Below, piece after piece: positions 9,535-19,572 of a stretch of 64,000 nt of DNA (positions are counted from its first letter, which is position 1; the number at the start of each line of letters is the position of its first letter). This stretch comes from an uncultured Clostridia bacterium (GTDB lineage: Bacteria; Bacillota; Clostridia; TANB77; CAG-508): contig CAKPCG010000005.1 in NCBI GenBank assembly GCA_934141475.1, positions 1,962 through 65,961 on the forward strand, read 5' to 3'. Both the position numbers and the translations under genes were made by a program. A model generated the notes under the pieces. The model ran no database searches. It was not told the origin of the DNA and worked only from the letters and a program-made list of their open reading frames with translations.

Positions 9535-12500
9535 TTATTCTACAAATACTGGATTTCCGTTTTCCAGTTTCCAGCTTTTTAGCTTTATTGTATTTTCTGA
9601 ATTGCTATTGTACTCTTGAACTTTTTGATTTAATAAATCCACAAATTTTTGCATATCCATTATTTCGTCCATTTCTTCTTTACTTTTTGGAGTTGCTCCG
9701 TTTGCTGGGGCATTCGTTTCTTTTTGTAAAAAATAACAGTTTTCAAGAGTCATCTCTTCTCTTGCCTGAGCTATTTCGCCTAATGTTTTTATTTCATTAT
9801 TCTTTACATTGCCTGTATTATAACATTCCACACCCTTAGTCAGCCATCCACTTATACCTCCTGTTGGTGCATTGCTATTTGATATTACGTTTCCTTTGTT
9901 ATAACATCTAGTAACATTACTAGTAGCTCCTACAATACCTCCTGCAACTACACTTGATTGTATTTCTCCAATATTATAACAATTTTCTATATCGGTACAA
10001 TTACCAGCTATACCAGCTGCATACGCCGATGAATTGATATTTCCAGAATTAAAACAATTTTCTATATTTTTTCCCATTCCTACTATTCCTCCAGATAAAG
10101 ATCCTGGATTAGTATTCATATCTTGATGAATAACATTGCCTACATTATAACAATTAAATGCTATATTAGCAGTTGATGCTATTCCTCCATTATACCCACT
10201 ACATTCCTTTAATGTAATATCTCCAAAGTTAATACAATTGTAAATAAAACTTTTATAGTTCATTTCGCTACAAATTCCAGCAGAGTGAGTATTACCTATT
10301 ATTTCAGCAAAATTACAACAATTATAAATGTTAGCTGTCCCAAATGGTTCTGCAATTCCAGCAGCATACTTTGATTGTATTTTGCCATAGTTGTAACATT
10401 GCTCAACTGTAATATTTAAACCTACATCAAAGCAAATCCCGAGCTGCTTCACTTTTACAAGTTATACTTCCATAATTAATGCAATTAATAATATTGGCTT
10501 TTCCTGTATTATTTCCATTCATTCCGATTCCAATTATTCCACCAATACCATATCTTCCACTTATATTAGCTTTATTAATACATTTTTCCACTCTTAATTC
10601 AGATATATTTTTACTCATCCCTTTACCAATTATTCCACCGTCCATAATTGCAATCGAAACTCTCAATATCATTTTCGCAATTTGAAACACGTATTATTTG
10701 AACATTATTATCGCTATTTCCTATAATTCCCCCTATCGAATCCATACTATCTACATCACCACTTGCTGCTCCAACATTACCTTTGTTCTTACACTCATCG
10801 ATAATAATCTTCTTACCATTTGCATAACCTATAATGCCTCCAACTGTTCTGTCAGAATTTAATGTTCCATTGTTTTCGCTTTTGGTTATATTAATATCAC
10901 TTTGACCTGAAATTTCGCCAACAATTCCAGAACAAATATTTTTAGTGGTGATATTACCATTGTTTGTGTTTTCATTTATTTTAAAATTCATATTAGAACC
11001 ATATATATAATCAATAATACCTGCTGCCGATAAATTACTTTCTATGTCACAGCCATTCTCAGCATTGCTAATTTCAACATTGGTATCATAATTTTCATTT
11101 CCATCAATCTCTCCTATAACTCCTGCCATCCTTAGACTTTGTGATTCCTCACTTTTTATTTTACCATTAGTTCTTATATTATTAATTTTTACTTCCTTAG
11201 AATTTTGTATTTTTCCTACAACTCCACTATAAATTCCTGACCTTCCGTTAACTACAATAATTTTTTCATTGCTAGAAAAATCTTTTATTTCTAATTTATT
11301 CATTTTACTTACATTTCCTATACATCCCCCATAAAATCCAACATTTATTCGTTCTTCTTCACCTGTCGAACTAGAATTTTCTATATTCACGCAAATATTT
11401 TCTCCATTTACCTGCCCTATCATTCCTCCTACATTTCCTCCATATGTTAATTGAACTAAATTTTTTGAATTATAAATATTTAACTGTGTATCATCATTTA
11501 CACAACCTATTATTCCACCTATTGTCATTCCGTTTTTTATATTTGTCTTGTTAACACATCTGTTAATAGTTAAATTTATACTTCCATTTACTTCACTTAT
11601 AATTCCTCCTCCACTGTTTGAAGTATTTTCATTTTCAAACTCATTTTCAATATTCATAACTTTTACATTTTTGTCTCCATCTAAAATTCCTATTATTCCG
11701 AAATTTGAATGCTGATGAAACACCTTTTAATCCTTTTTTTAATTTAAAATCTTTAAATTCTATATCTTGTACTGCTTTTACGTTAGCAAATATTCCAAAT
11801 ATTCCTTGTTTTGTTCCCAATACGCTATTATATAAAGCATGTCCTTTTCCATCAAAGCTTCCTTTATATTCATTTTGATTATTTCCAATCCCTATAAATC
11901 CTCTTCCTTCTATCATATACTGTTTGATTGTCATTCTGCCTCTGTTGCTTTCATCTTCTGGTTTATATCCATAATCATCTTCTACATAAATAGCATTTTC
12001 ATTTCTATAAGAATTATACTCTCCAGTAAACCATAAATCTCTTCCAAGTTCTACTGTTTCTCCTTCATAGCTATTCTGCCCAGATCCTACTTCATAAGAA
12101 AGTGCTACTAAATCTTCAATACTATTTATCTGCCATGTATGTTCCCCTACATTTTCTAATTCTCCTGGGTGTTCATCTACTTTTAAGTCTTCTTTGCTAG
12201 GTACTTTTTCTACTACTCCATCTTTTATTTGATATACATTTCCTGTTTTCTTTACAGTTACATTATATCCATCACTTATTATTTCTCCTTCTCCACCATC
12301 TTTTCCAAATTGGTTTTTGATTGCTTTATCTAATATATCCTGTGTTAGATTATCATGTATATTTAATGTTTGTGTTGTTACTTCCATTGCTAATAATTTT
12401 ACTTGTTCTTCTTCTTGGGCTGTTCCCGTCATGTCTCTTGCTTCTGATGCTCTATTTAGTATTCCATTTTGTCCTGTTAGCATCATTATTACTATTCCAA

Positions 12501-12582
12501 CTAATATTAGCAGTACAATTATAGTTACTACTAATGCAATTAAAGTTATTCCTTTGTTTCTTTTTAATGTTTTTTTGTACAT
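9535..12582 (-). pseudogene. GLUG-B, a tandem paralogue of GLUG-A. As sequenced it is split into four ORFs by three single-C insertions (plus-strand 11700, 10640, 10441). The restored product is about 1014 aa.
   Basis: ORF-track pieces are 11647..12582, 10623..11723, 10427..10690 and 9535..10452. Deleting the C of each in-frame CGG joins them: ..SSAFKF|GIIGILDG, ..DCNYG|GGIIGKG, ..KSEAA|GICFDVG. The total length of 3048 nt equals 3045+3. Confidence 0.85.
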
Positions 12583-12641
12583 TTTTTATCCCCCTTTTGT
12601 TTTTATGTGTCCATACTATCATACTACATATTTTTTAGCAA
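12028..12641 (-). repeat. Copy 2 of the direct repeat; partner at 8838-9449
   Basis: See copy 1. The plus-strand antisense ORFs at 9127.. and 12317.. in the track are identical for their first ~90 residues (through the shared upstream segment). Upstream T-runs differ by one nt each. Confidence 0.85.
12613..12641 (-). promoter_or_regulatory. Sigma-A type promoter of GLUG-B. The duplication ends inside the -35 element.
   Basis: Minus strand reads TTGCTA-17 nt-TAGTAT. It is identical to the GLUG-A promoter except for one -35 base. Confidence 0.45.
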
Positions 12642-12652
12642 TAAAAATCACA

Positions 12653-12686
12653 CAAAAAAAAGCCCCAATTAACTGGGGCTTTTTCC
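12653..12686. terminator. Bidirectional-looking terminator marking the left edge of the GC-richer island
   Basis: aaaaaaaAGCCCCA-attaac-TGGGGCTtttt. Confidence 0.65.
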
Positions 12687-12703
12687 GGCATTTATTAATT
12701 CTT

Positions 12704-13801
12704 TTAAAACAAACCATATTTACAAAAAATAGCTTCCTTCAAACTGCTTTTTGAAGATATTACACAGAATTTAAGGTCTTCATTAAAGCCACTTCTTTCT
12801 AAAAGTAAAAAGTTTACCTTATCAATTACTTCTGCCTTTTTACTTGTTTCATCTATTTTCATCATATTCCCGTATTTTGAAATAAAATTCGAGCTTGGAT
12901 TAATCATAGTTATTAAAACAAAATCTTTTCTTGGCAGCAGTAACTCTGTCATAGCTTCTACATAACTTTCAACATCTTCCTTTGGAACAATATCATAAAT
13001 AATCCCGTCACCTGCATTTTTTTCCCAATCATTTGGAAAATGTGCTGTTTTGTGAATAAAATCCAGCTGTTTTCTTGTTACAACAGCACATCTAATCCAC
13101 AAACTTTCTTGACATTCTTCAAACTTATAGCTTACTTCCATGCTTTTTATTGCAAAGATTTTTTCTGGTGACAATTTTTTTCCTTCTAATACAACTATTT
13201 CTTTTTGATAATCTCCAAATTTGTATGTTTCTACCCCGTTTTTTCTGTCTATAATTTGTAAACTTCTGTTTTTGGGGATATTGTCACCACTTAAGTTCCA
13301 GCTTTTTTGATATTGTTTTAATCTTTTACCTATAATTTTTTCAAGCTCTGGAATTGAATTTACAACAATCAGCTGTTTTACAATATCAAAAGCTTCTTTA
13401 AATATTCCAGAAAGCTTTGTTGCTTCCAGTTCTTCATAAAAGCTGTATGCTGATTTTCCCCACAATTCTTTACAGCTACGTTCTTTTTCTAAAAGTTTGT
13501 TTTTTATTTGTGATATTTCTTTTACTGATGTTTCATACTCAAGTATTTTCTTTTTGAAGTATATAGCTTTATCTTCATTAGAAAGATCATTCATATAAGA
13601 TGACCGCATTTTGAATATGTCATTTGTATAGTAGGCTTCAAGTTCACGTACAAAACCTATTATAGTTGATAAGTCTATTTTTTCTGCCTCTCCTCCTTCA
13701 ACGTTTTCTGATGTTGTTTCCTGATTTGTAGTCTCTTCTTCACTCTCGTCTTCATCATCAAGAGTAAAAAAGTCTGTTATTTTCTCAAGAATACCTGCCA
13801 T
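12704..13801 (-). CDS. Hypothetical protein (366 aa) with an acidic N-terminal tail; no family recognised
   Basis: ORF track 12704..13816. The ATG at 13801 (MAGILEKI) follows AAAGGAGAAAAA. Contains one in-frame CGG (Arg, ..FKMRSSY..). Confidence 0.55.
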   Translation of the reverse strand: MAGILEKITDFFTLDDEDESEEETTNQETTSENVEGGEAEKIDLSTIIGFVRELEAYYTNDIFKMRSSYMNDLSNEDKAIYFKKKILEYETSVKEISQIKNKLLEKERSCKELWGKSAYSFYEELEATKLSGIFKEAFDIVKQLIVVNSIPELEKIIGKRLKQYQKSWNLSGDNIPKNRSLQIIDRKNGVETYKFGDYQKEIVVLEGKKLSPEKIFAIKSMEVSYKFEECQESLWIRCAVVTRKQLDFIHKTAHFPNDWEKNAGDGIIYDIVPKEDVESYVEAMTELLLPRKDFVLITMINPSSNFISKYGNMMKIDETSKKAEVIDKVNFLLLERSGFNEDLKFCVISSKSSLKEAIFCKYGLF

Positions 13802-13915
13802 TTTTTCTCCTTTCAAATTAAGTAATAACTTTATTTGTCTTTGTTCCTATAACGGTAAAATTATATCATTTGCAAAAAATTATGTCAAGCTATTTAATTA
13901 TTTTTAGTCTTTATG

Positions 13916-13944
13916 TTGACATGGCTTCTAGTTTATGATATAAT
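13916..13944 (+). promoter_or_regulatory. Consensus sigma-A promoter for the vWA gene
   Basis: TTGACA (13916-13921), 17 nt, TATAAT (13939-13944), with TGa extended -10. Confidence 0.7.
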
Positions 13945-14004
13945 TCCCGTATTGCTTATGCAATGCACAATTTAATAAAGCCAAGATTATAAGGAGGATT
14001 AACT

Positions 14005-14766
14005 ATGTTTTTTGGCAAGAGAAAAAATTCAACGGAAAATTCATCATCACCGGCAACCACACCTGTATCAACACCTGCTCCAGAAACATCCTCGGGACAT
14101 GGTATCAGCTTAAAAAAAGCGTCTGCAGACTTAGATAAAACCATTATCAGTCTTAAGAAAAAAGGAGCAAACTTGGAAGGTCACAGAGCACGGGTCTTTG
14201 TAGTTATCGACATTTCAGGTTCAATGTCTCATAGATTTCCGAATGAAGTGCAGGAAGCACTTACCAGAATTTTCCCGTTAGCACTCAGATTCGATGATAA
14301 CGGAGAAATGGAAGTCTACGTATTCGACACACGTTGCCACAAACTGGACGAACCAATGACCTTGGACAATTACGAGACATATGTACGAAAGTATATTACA
14401 AGCAAGTATGACATCTGTGGTGGAACTCGTTATGCCCCTGTCATCGAAGATACAATCAATGACTACGATGACGGCAGTAAGGATCCTGCATTTGGTATCA
14501 TCATCACTGATGGAGATCCACAGGATCGCGAAACTACAAATAAGATGATTAGAAGATCTGCTGAATACAGACTCTTCTACAAATTTGTAGGAATCGGTTA
14601 CGAAAGATTTTCCTATCTTGAAGAGCTGGACGATCTTACTGGAAGACCAGTAGATAACACAGCATTTATTAAAGTTAGTGAAATTTCTAACTGGGATAAT
14701 GAACAGCTGTACACTAATCTGCTTGATCAGTATCCGGATTGGCTTAAAGCGATGCATCTTATCTAA
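14005..14766 (+). CDS. vWA domain protein of the TerF-C-terminal / TerY-like type
   Basis: RARVFVVIDISGSMSHRF (MIDAS DxSxS), ..RFDDNGEMEVYVFD.., GGTRYAPV, IIITDGDPQD, FYKFVGIG..FSYLEELDDLTGRPVDNTAF matches my memory of vWA-TerF-like proteins. RBS AAGGAGGA. Confidence 0.75.
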   Translation: MFFGKRKNSTENSSSPATTPVSTPAPETSSGHGISLKKASADLDKTIISLKKKGANLEGHRARVFVVIDISGSMSHRFPNEVQEALTRIFPLALRFDDNGEMEVYVFDTRCHKLDEPMTLDNYETYVRKYITSKYDICGGTRYAPVIEDTINDYDDGSKDPAFGIIITDGDPQDRETTNKMIRRSAEYRLFYKFVGIGYERFSYLEELDDLTGRPVDNTAFIKVSEISNWDNEQLYTNLLDQYPDWLKAMHLI

Positions 14767-14787
14767 TTATTTAGCATCGTAAAAACA

Positions 14788-14812
14788 GCTCCCTCGCATT
14801 TTGCGAGGGAGC
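14788..14812. terminator. Bidirectional terminator between the convergent vWA and TerD genes
   Basis: GCTCCCTCGC-atttt-GCGAGGGAGC, a 10-bp GC-rich stem. Confidence 0.8.
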
Positions 14813-14852
14813 CTTTGTTATTGCTCTTTGTTATAAGTCTGGCTGTTATTGC

Positions 14853-15506
14853 TTATTCTCTTTTATAACCTAAGCCATACTCATCCAGCAGTCCATCAAG
14901 TTCCTTATCATAACCTTCACCAGTGGCTTTCATCTTCCACTCAGTAGTTCCGTCTGGCTTCTGGTGCTTATAAAGCTCTACACCAACAACTGAAGTATAG
15001 GAACTGTAATCTTCTGACAGGTCGTACCTCCATTCCTGGTTAGTGTCGGGATTTACGAACCGGAAATACGCATTATCAACATCACCAAATGTTTGGTGTC
15101 TTGCATGCGCTTCATACATTGTGACACAGCAAACAATTTTGTCTACTTCCGGATTCAGTTTTGTGAAGTCGATTGTAACGGATTCATCATCTCCTTCTCC
15201 TGCACCAGTATTGTTATCACCTGTGTGATGTACGGCTTCTTCCGGATCATGGTCATAAAATGATCCATCCGCTTTACGATAAGCTTCACCACCATCTTTT
15301 TCCGCACCTGCAATGAAGTAATCTTCGCTGATGCAATTTCCGGATTTATTAAGCATAAATAAAATTAAGTCAATGTCGTATCCCGATCCGTCGTACCGCT
15401 TTATATCCCAGCCGCTTCCTACATATCCATTTTTAAGTGCTACTCCTGAGTCTTCGGATGCTTTTGTTAAATTAATTCTGTCACCTTTTTTTGCTAAATT
15501 AATCAT
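14853..15506 (-). CDS. terD: TerD-family stress / tellurium-resistance protein
   Basis: MINLAKKGDRINLTK..GSGWD..DIDLILFML..HHTGDNNTGAGEGDDESVTIDF..KIVCCVTMYEA..FGDVDNAYFR is the TerD domain signature. Two in-frame CGG Arg codons. Confidence 0.85.
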   Translation of the reverse strand: MINLAKKGDRINLTKASEDSGVALKNGYVGSGWDIKRYDGSGYDIDLILFMLNKSGNCISEDYFIAGAEKDGGEAYRKADGSFYDHDPEEAVHHTGDNNTGAGEGDDESVTIDFTKLNPEVDKIVCCVTMYEAHARHQTFGDVDNAYFRFVNPDTNQEWRYDLSEDYSSYTSVVGVELYKHQKPDGTTEWKMKATGEGYDKELDGLLDEYGLGYKRE

Positions 15507-15633
15507 TTTTGTTCCTCCTGTTTTCTTGTTATAATGTTTTATTGGTTAATTAGTTACAAAGAGCAAATTATGTTTTCACATAAATTGTTCCATCGTACAC
15601 GATGAAATTATATAAATTTATCAGTACCCGTAT

Positions 15634-15662
15634 ATACTATCACATGTCACTGTTTTTGTCAA
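15634..15662 (-). promoter_or_regulatory. Sigma-A type promoter of the TerD gene
   Basis: Minus strand reads TTGACA-17 nt-TAGTAT with TGa upstream. The palindrome CATCGTacACGATG lies in the leader (15590-15604). Confidence 0.6.
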
Positions 15663-15753
15663 CATTTTATGTATATTTATTTAAATAAATTCCCCTTACT
15701 AGCTATTTTAGCTACAAGGGGAATCTCTATACCTTACAAGATATATTTTGTTA

Positions 15754-17175
15754 TTATTCGTAATTTGCTGTTACAGTTTTTACTAAACCATATGGATCAA
15801 TCTTGAAGAAATAGGATTCTCCAAGTAATCCAACTCTATTTACTTTTACTTGTTTTACAACCCTTTCTGCAAAAATTCTCTTAGTTTCAGGTTCACCATG
15901 ATTGATTAATACCAATTTTAAGTTTTCAAATTGATTTAAAAATGCAATCATTTCATCAGCTTTTGCATGTGCAGAAAATTCTGTTGTATATTCTACATCT
16001 GCCTGCTTAATTGCAATTAATCCACCAACCTCAACTAGTCTATTTTTCTCTGTTGTCTTTAATATGTTTCCTAAAGTTCCTTCTGCTGTATATCCAGTAA
16101 ATTGAATTAAAGCGTTTCGCCTTGAAATATATTCTGGAATATATGTTTGTGCAGGACCATATGATCCCATACCAGAAGTTGTAAGAATAATTTTCGGTTT
16201 AAAACCATTTACAACACTTGCTCTGTTTTTAGCATCCACAAATGTTAGATTTTCTGGTAAGAAACTCTTTCTCATCTTTTCTGGAATTTCTTGCAGATTA
16301 CCTCTCCTATACATAAAAGTATAATTAATTGCTAAGTTTCCATCTAAATAAATCGGAATATTTTTACTTAGCATTCCTCTTTCCTGCATTTTCTTTAGCA
16401 CATATAAAATTTCTTGAGCTCTTCCGAGTGAAAATACTGGCACTACAACCGTTCCATTCTTCTTAAGAGTTCTAAGAATATTTTCCTGGAAACATGTTGT
16501 TATATCTGTTGAATCCATATTTCCATATGTTGACTCCTGTACTATTGTTAATGGTAATTTTTTTACCCATTTAGGAATTTCTGGAACTGTAAAAAACATA
16601 TTTTTGTTATTATAGTCTCCTGTAAAAAGGATGTTGATTTTTTCATATACTGGATAACTAATTTGAACCAGAATAAGTGAAGAACCAACAACATGACCAT
16701 TCATGAAAAACATTACTTTTACATGTTCATTAACTTTTACAAACTCTTGGTAATCTGTTGGAACCATTAGGCTTAATGTTTTGTCTACATCCTCTAAGGA
16801 ATATAAACTAGCCTTATTTCTTCTTCTTGCCATCTGACTTAATACTTTTACACTATCGTATAAAGCATTTTTGGCAATTTTGCATGTAGAATCTGTTGCA
16901 TAAATTGGGTTTTCATATCCTTGTTTTACCATGTATGGGAATCTTCCCACATGGTCTACATGGACATGTGTTAAAAGTGCAAAGTCAATTTCTTTAGGAT
17001 CAAATGGTAACTTTGAGTTTAATTCTTCATACTCATTTTCCTGAAAAAGTCCACAGTCAACAATAAACCGTAATTTTTGACCATTGGGAAATGAAACTAT
17101 CACTAAGTTACATGACCCTGTAACTCCCTTGTGCATAGCCACTACATTAGCATAAAACCGACAATTTGAACTCAT
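15754..17175 (-). CDS. Metallo-beta-lactamase fold, beta-CASP family RNA-metabolising hydrolase
   Basis: LTHVHVDHVGRFPYM (HxHxDH), plus length and architecture typical of beta-CASP/RNA-specificity-domain proteins. Two in-frame CGG Arg codons (SNCRFY, QKLRFIV). Confidence 0.75.
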   Translation of the reverse strand: MSSNCRFYANVVAMHKGVTGSCNLVIVSFPNGQKLRFIVDCGLFQENEYEELNSKLPFDPKEIDFALLTHVHVDHVGRFPYMVKQGYENPIYATDSTCKIAKNALYDSVKVLSQMARRRNKASLYSLEDVDKTLSLMVPTDYQEFVKVNEHVKVMFFMNGHVVGSSLILVQISYPVYEKINILFTGDYNNKNMFFTVPEIPKWVKKLPLTIVQESTYGNMDSTDITTCFQENILRTLKKNGTVVVPVFSLGRAQEILYVLKKMQERGMLSKNIPIYLDGNLAINYTFMYRRGNLQEIPEKMRKSFLPENLTFVDAKNRASVVNGFKPKIILTTSGMGSYGPAQTYIPEYISRRNALIQFTGYTAEGTLGNILKTTEKNRLVEVGGLIAIKQADVEYTTEFSAHAKADEMIAFLNQFENLKLVLINHGEPETKRIFAERVVKQVKVNRVGLLGESYFFKIDPYGLVKTVTANYE

Positions 17176-17269
17176 AATAACGCACCTCCATTAAATTAGT
17201 TGATTCAATGTTATTTTAAGTTTCACATGACTAAGTTTATCATCAAAAATTCATTACGTCAATTATTTT

Positions 17270-17863
17270 TCACCAATTTTCTCTATATCTTTCATATTCT
17301 GGACAAAATTGCGTTCTTGGCATTATTGGTGGTCTAGGTGGCATAGGTGGACGTGGTGGAACAGGTGGTCTTGGGGGCATTTGTGGTCTTGGAGGACGTG
17401 GTGGCATTGGAGGTCTTGGCGGCATTGGTGGACGTGGTGGGCAATTGGGCCCAAATGGACAGTTATTTTGAAAAATCTCTCTTAAAATTAAAATTCTAAT
17501 TAAATCATTTAAGTTATTATTTCTTCTTACTTGCCTATTTTCTGCTTTTTCTTTCAATTCCTCTTCATCTTTTGTGCTTTCTCCTCTTATATCATTTTCT
17601 AAGGTTATATTTAATTCAATAGGCTCATTTTCTATAACTTCTACATTTCTATATACTTCATCTACCATATTATCTAAAATTTCTTTATTAAATCCTCTAT
17701 TATTTTGATAAAATACTTTTTTTACCATTGGATAGACAATCTTATATATTTCTGGATAGTATTCATCTAAATCGCCTCTATAACCTCCTTCATACTGATA
17801 TGTATCTTCATATCCATTTTCTCTTGGATAATTTAAATAGTTTAACATGTAATCTTCGTACAT
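17270..17863 (-). CDS. Hypothetical protein with a C-terminal polyproline PPRPPMP repeat block
   Basis: ORF track. The C-terminal third is PPRPPMPPRPPMPPRPPRPQMPPRPPVPPRPPMPPRPPIMP. The N-terminal part is Tyr/Glu rich. Confidence 0.6.
   Translation of the reverse strand: MYEDYMLNYLNYPRENGYEDTYQYEGGYRGDLDEYYPEIYKIVYPMVKKVFYQNNRGFNKEILDNMVDEVYRNVEVIENEPIELNITLENDIRGESTKDEEELKEKAENRQVRRNNNLNDLIRILILREIFQNNCPFGPNCPPRPPMPPRPPMPPRPPRPQMPPRPPVPPRPPMPPRPPIMPRTQFCPEYERYRENW
17318..17440 (-). repeat. Coding tandem repeat of about six 21-nt units encoding PPRPPMP
   Basis: The plus strand shows reiterated GGTGGWCKTGGNGGCATW units. This is the only strongly GC-enriched stretch of the gene. Confidence 0.7.
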
Positions 17864-17981
17864 ATTTACCTCCTTAAGTCATTTTCCTACAAAAAAACAC
17901 CCCATGAAAATATTTTTCCACAAGGTGTTTTGGGTGGAAAATCTCAATTTGGTATATTTTATTGCAAATGAGATTTTTTTG

Positions 17982-19382
17982 TTACATTTTATTTACAACT
18001 TCTTTGAATTTTTGTCCTCTATCATACATATTTTTAAACATATCAAAACTTGTACTTGCTGGCGAAAATAGTACAACTTGACCTGGCATAGCATATCTTT
18101 TAGCTAAAATTACAGCTTGTTCTAAACTATTTACCATATAAATATTAATTTCTTTGTTTTCCTTTTCCTCTTCTTCTTTTACTGCATCAAATATTTTACC
18201 TGCTGTTTGCCCCATAAGTATTAATGTTTTTACTTTATCTAATATTGGTTTTGCAATTGGTGTATAATCTAAATTTTTATCTGCTCCACCTGCTATTAAA
18301 ACAATTTCTTCATCAAAAGCATTTAATCCTGACATTGTTCTTGATGGTGTTGAACTTGCAGAATCATTATACCATTTTACATTATTTATTTCTTTTACAA
18401 ATTCTATTCTATGTTCAACTCCTGGGAATTTTTTTATTACTTCTATTGCAATGTCTGGTGTAACTAATGTTTTTGTTGCTGCTAGTGCACAGCATATATT
18501 TTCATAGTTATGTCTTCCTCTAATTGTAAGTTCTTTTCCACTTACAATATGTTTTCTTAATTTATCGTCACATTCTTTTATTACATCACCATCAACTATA
18601 TATCCGTTATCTAGTTTTTCTTTGCTACTGAAAAATATTACTTTTCCTTTTACTTCTGTTGCACATTTTTTTGTAATTTCATTATCGTAGTTTAAAATTA
18701 CAATTCCATCTCTGTCTTGAAATTTAAATATATTTTTTTTGGCATTTATATATTCATCATAATCTTTATGAACATTTAAATGATTTGGTGTAATGTTTGT
18801 TATAACAGAAATATCAGGGCTAACTTCCATTCCCATTAATTGAAAACTACTTAATTCTAGTACTATTTTGTCATCTGGCATTATTTGGTTTAATTTGGTA
18901 AATAATGGTATTCCAATATTTCCTCCAACATAGCAATTATATCCTGCTTTTTTTAATATTTCTGATATTAAAGTTGTTGTTGTTGTTTTTCCATCACTTC
19001 CTGTTATTCCTATAATTTGGCAAGGACACATTTTCATTAATAGCTCTACTTCTGTTGTTACAATTGCTCCTCTATTTATTTCTTCTTCTAACTCTGGTAC
19101 TGTTGGCAAACAACTTGGACTACGTAAAATTAAATCAAAATTATGTAATTTAGATAAATATACTCTTCCAAGAGACATTCCCATTGCATAATTTGTTACT
19201 TTATCTATTATTTCTTTTGGAATTTCTCCAATTTCTCTTGAATCAAATACCATTACATCTGCTTTTTTTTCATGAAAATAATCAATTAAAGGTAAATTGC
19301 TCACTCCAAGCCCAATTATTGCTACTTTTCTATTTTTTATATAATCTTCAAATTCTATTAGTTTTTCATTTTGATATTCCAA
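17982..19382 (-). CDS. murD: UDP-N-acetylmuramoyl-L-alanine--D-glutamate ligase
   Basis: VAIIGLGVSN, GITGSDGKTTTT and NHLNVH motifs; 466 aa. Confidence 0.9.
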   Translation of the reverse strand: MEYQNEKLIEFEDYIKNRKVAIIGLGVSNLPLIDYFHEKKADVMVFDSREIGEIPKEIIDKVTNYAMGMSLGRVYLSKLHNFDLILRSPSCLPTVPELEEEINRGAIVTTEVELLMKMCPCQIIGITGSDGKTTTTTLISEILKKAGYNCYVGGNIGIPLFTKLNQIMPDDKIVLELSSFQLMGMEVSPDISVITNITPNHLNVHKDYDEYINAKKNIFKFQDRDGIVILNYDNEITKKCATEVKGKVIFFSSKEKLDNGYIVDGDVIKECDDKLRKHIVSGKELTIRGRHNYENICCALAATKTLVTPDIAIEVIKKFPGVEHRIEFVKEINNVKWYNDSASSTPSRTMSGLNAFDEEIVLIAGGADKNLDYTPIAKPILDKVKTLILMGQTAGKIFDAVKEEEEKENKEINIYMVNSLEQAVILAKRYAMPGQVVLFSPASTSFDMFKNMYDRGQKFKEVVNKM

Positions 19383-19509
19383 TTTGAATTCTTCCTTTCT
19401 TTTAATATATTTTTATATTTTATGTTTGCCATCTTGTCTATGTACATATATATTTTTATATTTATTGCTATATGTTAACATATTTTATTATTTTTTACAA
19501 GATTCTAAT

Positions 19510-19538
19510 GTATGATTTTATTAAAATTGCTCATAATA
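19510..19538 (+). promoter_or_regulatory. Possible forespore (sigma-G/F type) promoter
   Basis: GTATG (19510-19514), 17 nt, CATAATA (19532-19538), compared with the remembered B. subtilis sigma-G consensus GHATR-N17/18-CATNNTA. Confidence 0.35.
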
Positions 19539-19572
19539 ATTATATATCATTAATTAAACGGAGGTGTTTAAT

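Noticed and set aside
6651-12582. The periodic repeats in the GLUG genes as a possible CRISPR array or non-coding tandem repeat.
   Set aside because: The periodicity is at the protein level (GGIxG..NCxNxG), the units are irregular in length and divergent in DNA, and they lie in a long ORF. No spacer/repeat structure is present.
9535-12582. Homopolymer slippage or phase variation as the cause of the GLUG-B frame breaks. An A7 run lies just upstream of the first break.
   Set aside because: Changing the A7 length runs into a TAA. All three breaks resolve only by removing a C before GG, and no homopolymer or short tandem repeat is involved.
13956-14144. 62-aa minus-strand ORF overlapping the start of the vWA gene.
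   Set aside because: It is antisense to a motif-supported CDS that has a consensus promoter and RBS, and it has no RBS of its own.
12650-17250. Calling the GC-rich block a mobile element or genomic island with defined ends.
   Set aside because: No integrase, transposase, tRNA target or flanking direct repeats are visible, so I report only the compositional and codon-usage anomaly.
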